IMG/VR virus record: IMGVR_UViG_3300043410_001892
Span: 183,145 to 247,144 of that record
Reading direction: 5' to 3' (one strand)
Source: a virus
Length of the DNA stretch: 64,000 nt
The stretch's first letter is position 1. Every line of letters starts with the position of its first letter. The notes beneath the pieces were generated by a model that did no database searches, had not been told where the DNA came from, and worked only from the letters and a program-made list of their open reading frames with translations. The position numbers and the translations under genes were made by a program. Below, in pieces: positions 16,235 through 26,022 of the stretch.

Positions 16235-18045
16235 TATTTAATAACTCGTTCAGTGATCATTTTTAAACGATCTAATTCAGTTGATTCTTTATATGCACCG
16301 TAACCCATTCCTTGATTTAAGCCTTGAGTATATTTTTGTAATTCTTCTGGATGTTGTGAATAGTACAATCTACGTGCTGCATAATCTTGTTCTTTAGCAG
16401 CATTATCTGCATCTTTTTGTGCCATTCTAGCATCAAATTGAGCTGAATGTTTATTGGCCATTTGATCAAAATTATCACTTTTGTTATCAAACCATTGTTG
16501 GGCACGTTCGTGATCTCGATCCATTTGTGCCCATTGTCTTTCATCAGCACCTGGTCCAAATAATCCTGGCATTCTTTGTTGCGCACGTTTCCAATCTGCA
16601 TCTGAAATTGGTTTTCCACCTTGTGACATTGGCTCTTGTGACATTGGCTCAAATTGTGCGTTTTGTTTTTCTTGAGCGGCATATTCTTCAGGTGAAATAT
16701 CATAACCCATGTCATCTTTGAATTCATTCAATCCGCTATTTCTCATAATTGCATTAATTTCTGCTGACTCAGTTTTAGATTTTTTAATAGCGTTATCTAC
16801 TGCACCTCTATGTTCTTCTGGACCAGTTTCAAGTTTACCATCCTCGTCATAATCTTTGTCAGCTGTTTTTGCAGCTTTCTTTTCTTCTAAATAAGAAACA
16901 GATTCTTTAATATTTTTCCACATTGCAGCAGCGGCGATTTTTTTACCTTTTTCGCCGCCACCTGCTTTGGCTGCAACTTTATCAAAGTTTTTGCCTGGTT
17001 TACCGATGTCTTTGCCTGCTTTTGCGTCTTTAGCTACTTTTGATCTTTCTTTAGAGGTAAGATGACCGCCAGGTTTTTTTTTACCTTCGTAAAATGACTC
17101 ATCAGTTTTTGTTTCTTTTTTAGCGTAAGGATTGCCAGTATCTTGACTGTTTACACTTGATTTAGGTTTTTCTTTTTTTTCACCTGAATCTTTTTTAGGT
17201 TCTGATTTAGAACTAGAATCTTTTTTTGGTTGTGTTTTTTTAGCAGGTTGTTTTGGTGCAGATGATTCTGCAGATTTACTTCCTGGACGTTTAGGCTGTT
17301 CTTTTTTGGTGATAATTTCATCATCCATTGCGTTGCCTTTTAAGTTTTCTTCATCATCTGGAATGCCGTTGTGGTTAGCATCAACTTTTGATTGAACAAA
17401 GTTACGTAAGATTCTATGTTTGTTTACTAATTTTTTAGTACTAGCTGGAAGTTGTTTCTCTACCATACCGGATCCACCACATTCTCCGCATGTATGCATA
17501 ACACCTTCTTTAACTGCTTTTGGTTTTTCAAGTTTATCGGCTTGATCAATTTTAAGGGCTGCAAGTGTTTTTCTTGCTTCCATTAAAGCTTTTTTCATTT
17601 GTCTTTTTTCACTTTCTGAGTACATATCGCTTTTCTCTATCTTATCGCCGTATTCGCTGAACTTCATTTCGTATTCTAAATAATGATAAACTGAAGAAAT
17701 ATAATCTGCAGCTTTGGTAATTTTAGCTTGAACCCAAGATTCAAACTGATCATTATCTTCAATTTTCTTAAATAATTTAACACTGTATTTTGCCAACTTA
17801 AACAAGTCAGCTTTAACCATTGCACCTTCATCATCACTTTCGATGTTATGATCTTTATGATCAATTTCTTTATGTGAAATATCAACACTTGGTGCAGGTA
17901 AATCGAATTTAGGCAAATCTAGTTCAAGACCTGCAAATTCTGAAAGTTTTTTTCTATGTTTCATGATAAACTCCGTTATAGTATATTTAGCTTCTTTTAA
18001 TGGTTCCACCGGTAAATAAGTCTCCGCCTTCCATTTGTGCGCCAA
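16234..18045 (-). CDS. Hypothetical highly charged/disordered protein (603 aa)
   Basis: Lys/Glu/Asp-rich low-complexity protein (KKTQPKKDSSSKSEPKKD). CGECGG motif. Confidence 0.55.
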   Translation of the reverse strand: MAHKWKAETYLPVEPLKEAKYTITEFIMKHRKKLSEFAGLELDLPKFDLPAPSVDISHKEIDHKDHNIESDDEGAMVKADLFKLAKYSVKLFKKIEDNDQFESWVQAKITKAADYISSVYHYLEYEMKFSEYGDKIEKSDMYSESEKRQMKKALMEARKTLAALKIDQADKLEKPKAVKEGVMHTCGECGGSGMVEKQLPASTKKLVNKHRILRNFVQSKVDANHNGIPDDEENLKGNAMDDEIITKKEQPKRPGSKSAESSAPKQPAKKTQPKKDSSSKSEPKKDSGEKKEKPKSSVNSQDTGNPYAKKETKTDESFYEGKKKPGGHLTSKERSKVAKDAKAGKDIGKPGKNFDKVAAKAGGGEKGKKIAAAAMWKNIKESVSYLEEKKAAKTADKDYDEDGKLETGPEEHRGAVDNAIKKSKTESAEINAIMRNSGLNEFKDDMGYDISPEEYAAQEKQNAQFEPMSQEPMSQGGKPISDADWKRAQQRMPGLFGPGADERQWAQMDRDHERAQQWFDNKSDNFDQMANKHSAQFDARMAQKDADNAAKEQDYAARRLYYSQHPEELQKYTQGLNQGMGYGAYKESTELDRLKMITERVIK

Positions 18046-19354
18046 ATAAATTACCTTTTTTTCCTTTTATATCTAAAGCATTAACTGCAGTACCGTCTTT
18101 CTTTTTTGGTTGTAGAGTTTTAGTTTGAATTACCTTTGTACCGCTCTTACCAGGTGATCCGCTGTATGCTTTCATTTTTCTATTTTTTCCAAGACTACCT
18201 ACTGGATTTTCAACTGAACCAATATTTGCTGCAGTTGTATCACTTGCTGATTCAGCAAGTGGTAGTTTTGCATTGCATTGATCAAGATGAGTCTTTAATT
18301 CAGTATATAATATTTTAATATATCTTTTGTACACTTTTTGATACTGTGGTTTAGGGTTTTGTCTAAAGAACTGATAATAATGTTCTGTATTGTCGTCCTT
18401 AGACATACCAAGATGTCCAGTCTTTGATAATTCATTAAGAATGGCTTGCATATTTGCAGCATGACTTTTTAAATCACGATATTGACTTTTAGATTTTCTA
18501 ATAATAGACACTGCAGAGTTATGTGCAAATGCTGGTATTTCTCTTTGATCAGCAAGATACAATTCAACTGTTCTTTTATCCATCGGACCGCTTGATACAT
18601 TAGATTGTGTACCTTGTGCAGTTTCTCCACGCTTTGCTACATAAGATTTAGTTTCATGATTTTCAGGATCTTTTTTTATTTGAATTACATGAGTTAGCTC
18701 GTGTATTAAAACTGGAGTTAGTGAAGAAGCAATTGTTTCAGCTATGCTGTGACTGAAATTAGTTGGATCAAATGAATGAATAAATTCATTAAATTGCTCA
18801 ATATCAGTAACCTGTACTTGTGGCATTTTAACATTTACAAATGGTAGCCCTTTAGTTAGCAACTTATTTGCAATTGATGTTACAAAATTCAATAACGGAG
18901 TTCTAATCAATTTGTAATTAAGAACAACCATTGGTATATTACCAAATAGTTCACCTGTGTTTTTCTCAGTTGCATACGCAGTTGCTTTCATTTCATCAAA
19001 CTCTAATATTACCATTAGTTGCATTATATCACTGGTGTGTCTCCCAAATTCTGCAGATAGGTTTTCAGCAATGCGCCCAACAGCAGCTTCACATAACAAA
19101 TAAGCAAACTCTTTATTAGTAATTACTGAATTATTTGATACGGTAATGCCTGCTGGTATTTTTTTAGTATTGGGATTGTTTGATTGAACTTGAGATCGGG
19201 TTGAAGTAATAGTAGTTCCATCAAATTGTATGTTATTTGATAAATCAACTTCGTTACCTGCATTATTATTGATTATAGATATAATTGCTGATTTTAATTG
19301 ATCTGCATGTTGTGATAATGATATAGCTTCTGCTATAATTTCAGAGATTATCAT
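17987..19354 (-). CDS. Hypothetical protein with HExxH zinc-metallopeptidase-like motif
   Basis: LTPVLIHELTHVIQ contains HExxH preceded by hydrophobic residues. 455 aa. Confidence 0.45.
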   Translation of the reverse strand: MIISEIIAEAISLSQHADQLKSAIISIINNNAGNEVDLSNNIQFDGTTITSTRSQVQSNNPNTKKIPAGITVSNNSVITNKEFAYLLCEAAVGRIAENLSAEFGRHTSDIMQLMVILEFDEMKATAYATEKNTGELFGNIPMVVLNYKLIRTPLLNFVTSIANKLLTKGLPFVNVKMPQVQVTDIEQFNEFIHSFDPTNFSHSIAETIASSLTPVLIHELTHVIQIKKDPENHETKSYVAKRGETAQGTQSNVSSGPMDKRTVELYLADQREIPAFAHNSAVSIIRKSKSQYRDLKSHAANMQAILNELSKTGHLGMSKDDNTEHYYQFFRQNPKPQYQKVYKRYIKILYTELKTHLDQCNAKLPLAESASDTTAANIGSVENPVGSLGKNRKMKAYSGSPGKSGTKVIQTKTLQPKKKDGTAVNALDIKGKKGNLFGAQMEGGDLFTGGTIKRS

Positions 19355-19611
19355 AACTTATTACCCCACAATTCAAACCATGCAGGAGTACCAGGTTTGA
19401 TGTTATTTTCACGCTGATACTTTCCACGCTCGTCGTTTATAAATGATTCTTGTTTTAGGTTAGCGCGGTATTCGTGTAGTCTTGCTTCAGCACCTAAACC
19501 ACCTAGATAGCTTGCAATTTTTAATTCTTGTATTGGATCATCGGGCGCGAGAAAACAGTCATCAGGACTGTCTTGTATTATGTTTTCTGTTGTTATTCTA
19601 TACTGTTTCAC
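19351..19611 (-). CDS. Hypothetical protein (86 aa)
   Basis: Small ORF with a 4-nt overlap to the downstream gene. Confidence 0.4.
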   Translation of the reverse strand: MKQYRITTENIIQDSPDDCFLAPDDPIQELKIASYLGGLGAEARLHEYRANLKQESFINDERGKYQRENNIKPGTPAWFELWGNKL

Positions 19612-19614
19612 ATT

Positions 19615-20028
19615 TTAAACCCCATATCTGTTTCGTTTTGCAGCAGCAACTGGGCTAATTTTATGAGTATCGGGCGATTCTGTTGATCTTTTAGATGATC
19701 CTACTGACTTTCTGCTAATGCCCATTTGTTTTGCTGCAGCATCGAGCATTTTATCATCTTCGTCTGAGAATGAGATTGTAACAAAATCACCACCTAATGA
19801 TCCTTTATGAGTTACTGCTGCTTTGTTAGGAGCACTTGAGAGCATCACACCGTACTTGTAAGCACGATATGGGTCGTTATTGTTATTTAATGCAGGATAT
19901 GCAGTTAAACCAGGAACTGCATCTCTTGCAGATTTATGTAGTTTATTCTCACGAATGATAACTTGCATCTCAGCAATGTCACGTTCTAGTTGTTCTATAT
20001 CTTCTTTTGTAATTTTTTTCATATTCAT
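19615..20028 (-). CDS. Hypothetical protein (137 aa)
   Basis: ORF overlapping the end of the 569-aa gene. Confidence 0.45.
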   Translation of the reverse strand: MNMKKITKEDIEQLERDIAEMQVIIRENKLHKSARDAVPGLTAYPALNNNNDPYRAYKYGVMLSSAPNKAAVTHKGSLGGDFVTISFSDEDDKMLDAAAKQMGISRKSVGSSKRSTESPDTHKISPVAAAKRNRYGV

Positions 20029-21734
20029 TCCAATGTACAGTTTAATCCCTCCCGTGTGGCTTGAAATAAAGTTTTACCGTCTACAGTAATTTCTTCATCT
20101 ACACCCGTTATTAGTTGGAAATTAATTTTGTCACCTAATTTAGCGTACTCTCTTGCTTGTGTGCTACTAACGTTTGTATCATTAGATCTGTCACCGCTAC
20201 TGACAAACTTTAATACTACGTGTTCTCTACCATTTGGTCCTCGTACATAATCGGTTGTACGAGTTGGACCACTGTTCCAGTTATTTAATGCAGTTTCTAA
20301 ACTATTATTACCTGGGCCTAACCTATCACTTCCTGCAATAAATGTCATGTGTCTATAGCCTTTATCGTATAGCCAACATGCAGCTTTCCATGGATCTGTT
20401 ACAAAATCTGACACTATAAATTCAGCATATTCCGGATGAATTTTCTTAATAAACTCAGTCTTAATATCGTAATTTAATGGATCATGTTTTGGATCACATT
20501 TGTTACTAGCAAAAATATACGCATGATTCTTACCAAGATCTACAGTTTGTTGCATTACTTTTGTATGTCCAATAGTCGGCGGATTCATTCTACCAAAGCA
20601 AAAAACTGCCATTGGCATATTGCTTTTTGTTTCAATTTCTTCCGCTGGTATTTTGTATTTTGAAAAGTTAGCACGACTAAATTCTAACCGATTAATGATC
20701 TTTAATTTATCATTACCGGCTCCTATTACATAGCCTTCGTGACTTATAATACTATTTATAATAGGTTGAACGGCACTGTGCAGTTGTTGCTCGTCAATCT
20801 GTCGTTTAATATCTAATTTAAGATTAGATATAGCACTCCATATTGCCCATAATCCTATTATACCTCTTTGAATATCTGCATTAAAACTGCCATCTTTTCT
20901 ACACAGTTTTTCTCGTACACTATGGGTAAATCGAGGCTGTGCAAATTCTAAAAACCGTTCAACAATATTAGTTTCCATATCACCAGAGTTTATCATTTTA
21001 GTAATAAATGGACTCATTGCTGCAATTATACATTTGCATTTAGCCGTAGTAATTTTAGCAATACAAGCGTCTACGTTGCTGGAATGCGTTGTTATTGCAT
21101 CTTGTGCGCGTAAAAGTAATGTGTTGTTTACTGTTATATTTGGTTTATTAGGCATTTGAGTTGCAATAAATGTGATATCTTTGCAATTTGAAAATACATC
21201 AAACCCTGTAATAGGTTCGTCGGCTGCGTTTAGCCCTGGAAAGAATGTGTGTACAGCAATACCGCCTACACTATTAGAAATTGATTGTCCTAAGTCACTA
21301 TTACAATCGACATGATATTCAACAGTGTTAGGTTTAAAGATAAATTGATTGTTAATACAAGTAGGAGTTCCTGTCCATAACAAATCACCCATATAATACG
21401 TGTCTGTTACTTTTGGAATAATATTTTCTAATGCAGGACGTAGAATATCTTCTTTAGCCCATAAGTCGCTACGTAATGAATTTCGAGAATTGTCATAATC
21501 TCGAATAGTTGTAAAGTCAAGTTTGCCAGCAGCGATTTGTTTAAACATGTGTTTATCAACAAATACTAAATTACCATTTGGATCTCGACCAAAAACTATT
21601 GCAGGAAAGCCATCCCATTTAATAGTTAATGTATCAGTGTTAAAAGAAAGACTACTTAGTTCATTAACTGCTCTCTGAGCTCCTTTAGATCCTTCTAAAA
21701 TAATTAGATCTTCAGGGTGTGCAATTCCTGCCAT
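20025..21734 (-). CDS. Two-domain nucleotidyltransferase: N-terminal ligase/capping-like KxDG domain fused to C-terminal NMNAT/cytidylyltransferase-like domain
   Basis: N-terminus has TIKWDGFPAIVFGRD (KxDG motif I). C-terminus has FGRMNPPTIGH ((H/T)xGH) and VSSTQAREY (ISSTxxR-like), both diagnostic of the NMNAT/cytidylyltransferase fold. Confidence 0.55.
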   Translation of the reverse strand: MAGIAHPEDLIILEGSKGAQRAVNELSSLSFNTDTLTIKWDGFPAIVFGRDPNGNLVFVDKHMFKQIAAGKLDFTTIRDYDNSRNSLRSDLWAKEDILRPALENIIPKVTDTYYMGDLLWTGTPTCINNQFIFKPNTVEYHVDCNSDLGQSISNSVGGIAVHTFFPGLNAADEPITGFDVFSNCKDITFIATQMPNKPNITVNNTLLLRAQDAITTHSSNVDACIAKITTAKCKCIIAAMSPFITKMINSGDMETNIVERFLEFAQPRFTHSVREKLCRKDGSFNADIQRGIIGLWAIWSAISNLKLDIKRQIDEQQLHSAVQPIINSIISHEGYVIGAGNDKLKIINRLEFSRANFSKYKIPAEEIETKSNMPMAVFCFGRMNPPTIGHTKVMQQTVDLGKNHAYIFASNKCDPKHDPLNYDIKTEFIKKIHPEYAEFIVSDFVTDPWKAACWLYDKGYRHMTFIAGSDRLGPGNNSLETALNNWNSGPTRTTDYVRGPNGREHVVLKFVSSGDRSNDTNVSSTQAREYAKLGDKINFQLITGVDEEITVDGKTLFQATREGLNCTLE

Positions 21735-21755
21735 AATATACCTCTTATAAAAAAA

Positions 21756-22124
21756 TTAATCGTAAGTGCCGTCTTTTATATTATCAGACACGTCCTTAAA
21801 CAACTGCTTACATACTTTCTTACAAATCTTAATATCTATATCATCTGGTAATTCACGTATTGGATAATCCGTTAGATAACATTTATATGCTTTTTCTATT
21901 GTAGGTTTAAACATTTTAAAACTAACATCTTTACCATCTTTTATTTTATCTTTGCATTTAAGAATAGTAGGATGCAAGTGTCGACGATAAACTTCGTCAT
22001 TATTATGTAAATAGTGGAGAAGATCATCGACTAAGTCAAAATCTATTTCACTACCTTTTTCAGTTTGTTTTGTAAATTGCTCACTTTTAAAGTGTGCATT
22101 TTCAAGTAATTCGTTAATACGCAT
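21756..22124 (-). CDS. Hypothetical protein (122 aa)
   Basis: ORF immediately downstream of an exact TATAAATA motif. Confidence 0.45.
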   Translation of the reverse strand: MRINELLENAHFKSEQFTKQTEKGSEIDFDLVDDLLHYLHNNDEVYRRHLHPTILKCKDKIKDGKDVSFKMFKPTIEKAYKCYLTDYPIRELPDDIDIKICKKVCKQLFKDVSDNIKDGTYD

Positions 22125-22146
22125 GATAAATCCCGTGTTATTAGTA

Positions 22147-22154
22147 TATTTATA
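22147..22154 (-). promoter_or_regulatory. T4-type late promoter TATAAATA (exact)
   Basis: Reverse strand reads GTATAAATATACTAATAACACGGGATTTATC ATG, 22 nt upstream of the ATG at 22124. Confidence 0.5.
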
Positions 22155-22760
22155 CTAATTAAGAATCCTATCGATTGATAACTTAATATTGCCTAAATGT
22201 AATTTAACAAATAAAAGAGTGTGTTCTCCTTTAACATATAATTGTGAGCCAGCATCATATCTATTTGGTTTTACAGATAACAACCGTTCAGTTTTTGGTT
22301 GAAGTTTAATTTTGTCATTGTTGTTAGACCATTCTATAAACTCAGGATTAAGATTAGCTACTCCACCGAGCGTAACTCTAAAATCATATGGAGTATTTGG
22401 CATGTATACCATTCCTCGTTCTAATCCATCTGGTGGAATACCAATTGAATCAACAAACCTTGGTATTAAATCTCGAATAGCAGTAATATCATTGTAATTG
22501 TTAGTATAGATAATTAACGTTGGTAAATTAACTCTTGTTGCAAAGTTTTCCATATTCATTATATGTTCATATAGAAGAGTAGTTGCGTTATAATGATCTG
22601 GATAACGAATACTATCTATTTTAGAAACCATCTTAAGTCGTTTAGCATATTTAGACTTGTCATGTCCTTTAAAGATATCGCCATTGGCGAGAGTCAATAC
22701 GATATTGTATTGAAACTCGCCTTTGTACAATTTCTTAACAGTGGTAAACTTAATTGTCAT
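22155..22760 (-). CDS. Hypothetical protein (201 aa)
   Basis: ATGA-coupled to the upstream clpA-like gene. Confidence 0.5.
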   Translation of the reverse strand: MTIKFTTVKKLYKGEFQYNIVLTLANGDIFKGHDKSKYAKRLKMVSKIDSIRYPDHYNATTLLYEHIMNMENFATRVNLPTLIIYTNNYNDITAIRDLIPRFVDSIGIPPDGLERGMVYMPNTPYDFRVTLGGVANLNPEFIEWSNNNDKIKLQPKTERLLSVKPNRYDAGSQLYVKGEHTLLFVKLHLGNIKLSIDRILN

Positions 22761-25036
22761 ACTGCTTGATTAACTGCCCGTACATGATCAAGTGTTAGTA
22801 CTGGCCCTTTAGTAATTACTTTAGGTTTTGCTGTTAATGAAATCTTGTCATCAACAACACTAATTGTTAACCAACCGCCGTTTTTAAGATCACCAAACAA
22901 CATCATTTTAGCAAGATCGCGCTTGATCTCTTTATCAATTACACGATGTAGCGGTCTAGCACCCATCTTAGGATCAAAGCCTTTTTCTAACAACCAATTA
23001 GTTGCAGTTTTGTCAACTTTAATACGTACACCTTTGTCTTTAACTTGTTCACGAACTTCATCCATAAACTTGTTAATAACTTTAACCATTGAATCTTTAC
23101 CTAATTTGCTAAAGGTAATAATACCGTCAAGTCTGTTACGGAACTCAGGAGTTAAAAACTTCTTAAGTTCTGCATCTGAATAGTCTTTTTCTTGAGTACC
23201 AAAGCCAATTTGATTCTTTTCTGCAGCTTGAGCACCAGCATTAGTGGTTAGAATTAGTACAATATGTCGACAATCTGCTTGTCTGCCGTTTGAACCTGTA
23301 ATAAAACCATTGTCCATCATTTGCAATAGTACAGTTGATACATCCGGATGTGACTTTTCAATCTCATCAAACAGCAATACTGCGTTAGGATTTTCTTGAA
23401 TTTGTGTGATCAATAACCCTGCACTGTCTTCAAAGCCAACATAACCCGGAGGACTACCAATTAATTTACTAATACTATGCTTTTCTTGATACTCAGACAT
23501 ATCAAAACGTAACAATTTAGTACTCAAGTGTTTAGCAAGTGCCTTAGCAGTTTCAGTTTTACCGCAACCTGTAGGCCCCATAAACACAAAACTACCAATT
23601 GGTTTATTTTCAGGTTTTAAACCTGCTTGTGCAACCATGATCTTATCAACAATTTCAGTAATTGCAGTGTCTTGGCCAAATACTTCTGTTTCAAGGGATT
23701 CTTGTAATGTGGCAATAGCACCGGTTTCAGTTTGCATAATTTGTTCAATAGGCATATTGATCATTTTTGCTAATTCAAACTGAATTTCAGGCTCAGATAC
23801 GATTCTGTGTTCAGCAAGTTTTAAGTTAAATCGCGAACATGCACAGTCAATTAAGTCAATAGCTTTGTCAGGTAGCTTTTTATCCGCTTGATATTTAACA
23901 GATAATTTAATTGCAGCCTGTAATGCATCGTCTTTGATTTTAAGTTTATGATGTCCTTCGTAGTATTTCTTAATACCTTTAAGAATCTGCAAAGTCATTT
24001 CTTGTGTAGGTTCATCAACAGTAATACGTTGGAATCTACGCATCAATGCACGATCTTTCTCAAAATGCTTACGATATTCATCCCATGTAGTTGACGCAAT
24101 AACTTTGATGTTACCTTTACTAAGTGCAGGTTTCATCATATTAGCCAAGTCATTAGATGAATTACCTGAAGCACCTGCACCACTAATCATGTGTGCTTCG
24201 TCGATAAACAATACGCATTTGCCTAATTTTTGTAGTGCTTTGATTACTTGTTTAAAGCGTTCTTCAAAGTCGCCTCTGTACTTAGATCCTGCTAACATTG
24301 CAGCAATATCAAGATTGTACACTGTATAATCTAATAAGAAATCTGGCACTGCTTCGTTGACAATATTATAAGCAAGCCCTTCAGCAATTGCAGTTTTACC
24401 TACACCTGGATCACCTACCATAATAATATTATTTTTACTACGACGACCTAATGCTAGTGCAATATGCTCTAACTCGTCTTCTCTACCAATAACAGGATCA
24501 ATCTTTTTATTCTTAACTTCTTCATTTAAGTTAGTAGTATAAGATTGCAACGCCTTGTTAGTTGATTGATTTTTATTATCACCTACGTCATCGCCCATGT
24601 CAGTTGAATTCTGCATGTATTCGTTGAACTTTTCTTTAGTGATATTTACTTGTGATATATAGTAAAATGCCCATGTGCGCTTTTCACCTAACATTGCTAA
24701 GAAAAAGTTAGATGGTTCTATTTTTTGCCCACCATTAAACAATACCTGTGTAAATGATCTATTCAACACACGTTCAACTGCTTGTGTTTTTTTAGGTTTA
24801 ACAACAACGTCAACTGTAGTAATTTCTTGACATTTAGTTTGTAAATGATTAAGTAATAAATTTTTCAAATAGTTTACGTCTGCCCCAACTCCTTGTAAAG
24901 CATTAGTAAATGAACTATCTTCCATAAGCATCGAGCATAGAACATGTTCTAATGTTACATACTCATGGTGCATATTTTTTGCAGAGATAATAGCTTTGTC
25001 AAAAATCTCTTGTAATTTTTCGCTTGGTTCAACCAT
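22757..25036 (-). CDS. ClpA/ClpB-family double AAA+ chaperone ATPase
   Basis: Two Walker A sites (IMVGDPGVGKTAIAEGLA and FMGPTGCGKTETAKALA), a Clp N-domain-like N-terminus, and ClpA-like length (759 aa). Confidence 0.9.
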   Translation of the reverse strand: MVEPSEKLQEIFDKAIISAKNMHHEYVTLEHVLCSMLMEDSSFTNALQGVGADVNYLKNLLLNHLQTKCQEITTVDVVVKPKKTQAVERVLNRSFTQVLFNGGQKIEPSNFFLAMLGEKRTWAFYYISQVNITKEKFNEYMQNSTDMGDDVGDNKNQSTNKALQSYTTNLNEEVKNKKIDPVIGREDELEHIALALGRRSKNNIIMVGDPGVGKTAIAEGLAYNIVNEAVPDFLLDYTVYNLDIAAMLAGSKYRGDFEERFKQVIKALQKLGKCVLFIDEAHMISGAGASGNSSNDLANMMKPALSKGNIKVIASTTWDEYRKHFEKDRALMRRFQRITVDEPTQEMTLQILKGIKKYYEGHHKLKIKDDALQAAIKLSVKYQADKKLPDKAIDLIDCACSRFNLKLAEHRIVSEPEIQFELAKMINMPIEQIMQTETGAIATLQESLETEVFGQDTAITEIVDKIMVAQAGLKPENKPIGSFVFMGPTGCGKTETAKALAKHLSTKLLRFDMSEYQEKHSISKLIGSPPGYVGFEDSAGLLITQIQENPNAVLLFDEIEKSHPDVSTVLLQMMDNGFITGSNGRQADCRHIVLILTTNAGAQAAEKNQIGFGTQEKDYSDAELKKFLTPEFRNRLDGIITFSKLGKDSMVKVINKFMDEVREQVKDKGVRIKVDKTATNWLLEKGFDPKMGARPLHRVIDKEIKRDLAKMMLFGDLKNGGWLTISVVDDKISLTAKPKVITKGPVLTLDHVRAVNQAV

Positions 25037-25070
25037 TATTAGATCCTTGTGTAGTAGTTAATAAAGCAAT

Positions 25071-25099
25071 ATTATAAAGTATTTTAATTATAAAGTCAA
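25071..25099 (-). promoter_or_regulatory. Sigma70-type early promoter (TTGACT-17-TATAAT) upstream of the clpA-like gene
   Basis: Reverse strand reads TTGACT ttataattaaaatactt TATAAT, 34 nt upstream of the ATG. Confidence 0.55.
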
Positions 25100-25947
25100 A
25101 TAATTTGACTGTTTATTTGTTGCAATTGTGCCACCAATTCTGGTTTGGTAACTGCAGGGGTTTTTATTTTTACAACAGTAACAAATCTTCCAATCTGTCT
25201 ATTGTGTAAATTAGTAAACCCGCCGTGCGCTTTTGCATATTCTGTACCAGGTTGTACTCCTGGTTTAATAGTAATGTTATGTTTTTCACCTATTAAGTTG
25301 GTAACTTCTTTAACACAACCAATCATTGCTTCAATTGGTGAAATTTCAATTGAAGTAAATATGTCATTACCTTCGCGTCTAAAATTAGGATCAGGTATTA
25401 CATTTATAGTTACATTTAAATTACCACGTGGAACACCCGGCTGTGAGTTATCTCCTAAGCCGTCATATCTAATAGTATCTCCGTTATCAATACCTGCAGG
25501 TACGTTAATTACAACATGCTGTGGTTCTCCGCTAGGCAAGTTAATATTAGCATCTATTTGTTTTCCTTTAAATGTATCTGCTAATGTGACTTGAATTTGT
25601 AAATTTAAATCTCGGTTACGGCGACCTTGTTGGAATCCATGTGCAAAGTGTTGTCCAAAAATATCATGCATATTAAACTGGAAGCCTCCACCGAAACTGT
25701 TACTAAATGGTCCTCCTCCACCAAATCCACCAAATCCACCAAATGGATTTCCATTTTGTTGCATATCATATTCTTGGCGTTTTTGTGGATCACTTAATGT
25801 ATCATATGCTACTGAAATATCTTTAAATGTAGCTTGGTCTCCACCTTTGTCGGGATGATGTTTATTTGCTAATGAACGATATGCTTTTTTAATATCGTCT
25901 TGTGATGCATCTTTTGATACACCTAATTTTGAATAAAAGTCTGTCAT
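25096..25947 (-). CDS. DnaJ-like J-domain co-chaperone
   Basis: N-terminal J-domain YSKLGVSKDASQDDIKKAYRSLANKHHPDK with the HPD motif, followed by a Gly/Phe-rich linker (GGFGGFGGGGPF). No CxxCxGxG zinc finger seen. Confidence 0.8.
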   Translation of the reverse strand: MTDFYSKLGVSKDASQDDIKKAYRSLANKHHPDKGGDQATFKDISVAYDTLSDPQKRQEYDMQQNGNPFGGFGGFGGGGPFSNSFGGGFQFNMHDIFGQHFAHGFQQGRRNRDLNLQIQVTLADTFKGKQIDANINLPSGEPQHVVINVPAGIDNGDTIRYDGLGDNSQPGVPRGNLNVTINVIPDPNFRREGNDIFTSIEISPIEAMIGCVKEVTNLIGEKHNITIKPGVQPGTEYAKAHGGFTNLHNRQIGRFVTVVKIKTPAVTKPELVAQLQQINSQII

Positions 25948-25985
25948 GATTAATCTCTCATAATAAAAGGTCAGTTAGTATAGTA

Positions 25986-26014
25986 ATTATACTATACTAG
26001 AACTGACCTGTCAA
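25986..26014 (-). promoter_or_regulatory. Sigma70-type early promoter (TTGACA-17-TATAAT) upstream of the dnaJ-like gene
   Basis: Reverse strand reads TTGACA ggtcagttctagtatag TATAAT with exact 17-nt spacing. Confidence 0.55.
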
Positions 26015-26022
26015 GATTTTGA

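Noticed and set aside
16317-17888. Nested minus-strand ORFs 16317-16727 and 17676-17888, and plus-strand ORFs 16527-16721, 18136-18318 and 18931-19119
   Set aside because: They are alternative-frame or antisense ORFs inside longer genes. Their composition is atypical (Lys/Ile/Asn-rich AT-frame artefacts).
25966-26012. Inverted repeat AGGTCAGTT...AACTGACCT overlapping the dnaJ promoter
   Set aside because: The loop is about 24 nt, too large for an intrinsic terminator. It may be a coincidental palindrome or a regulator site. It is recorded within the promoter feature instead.
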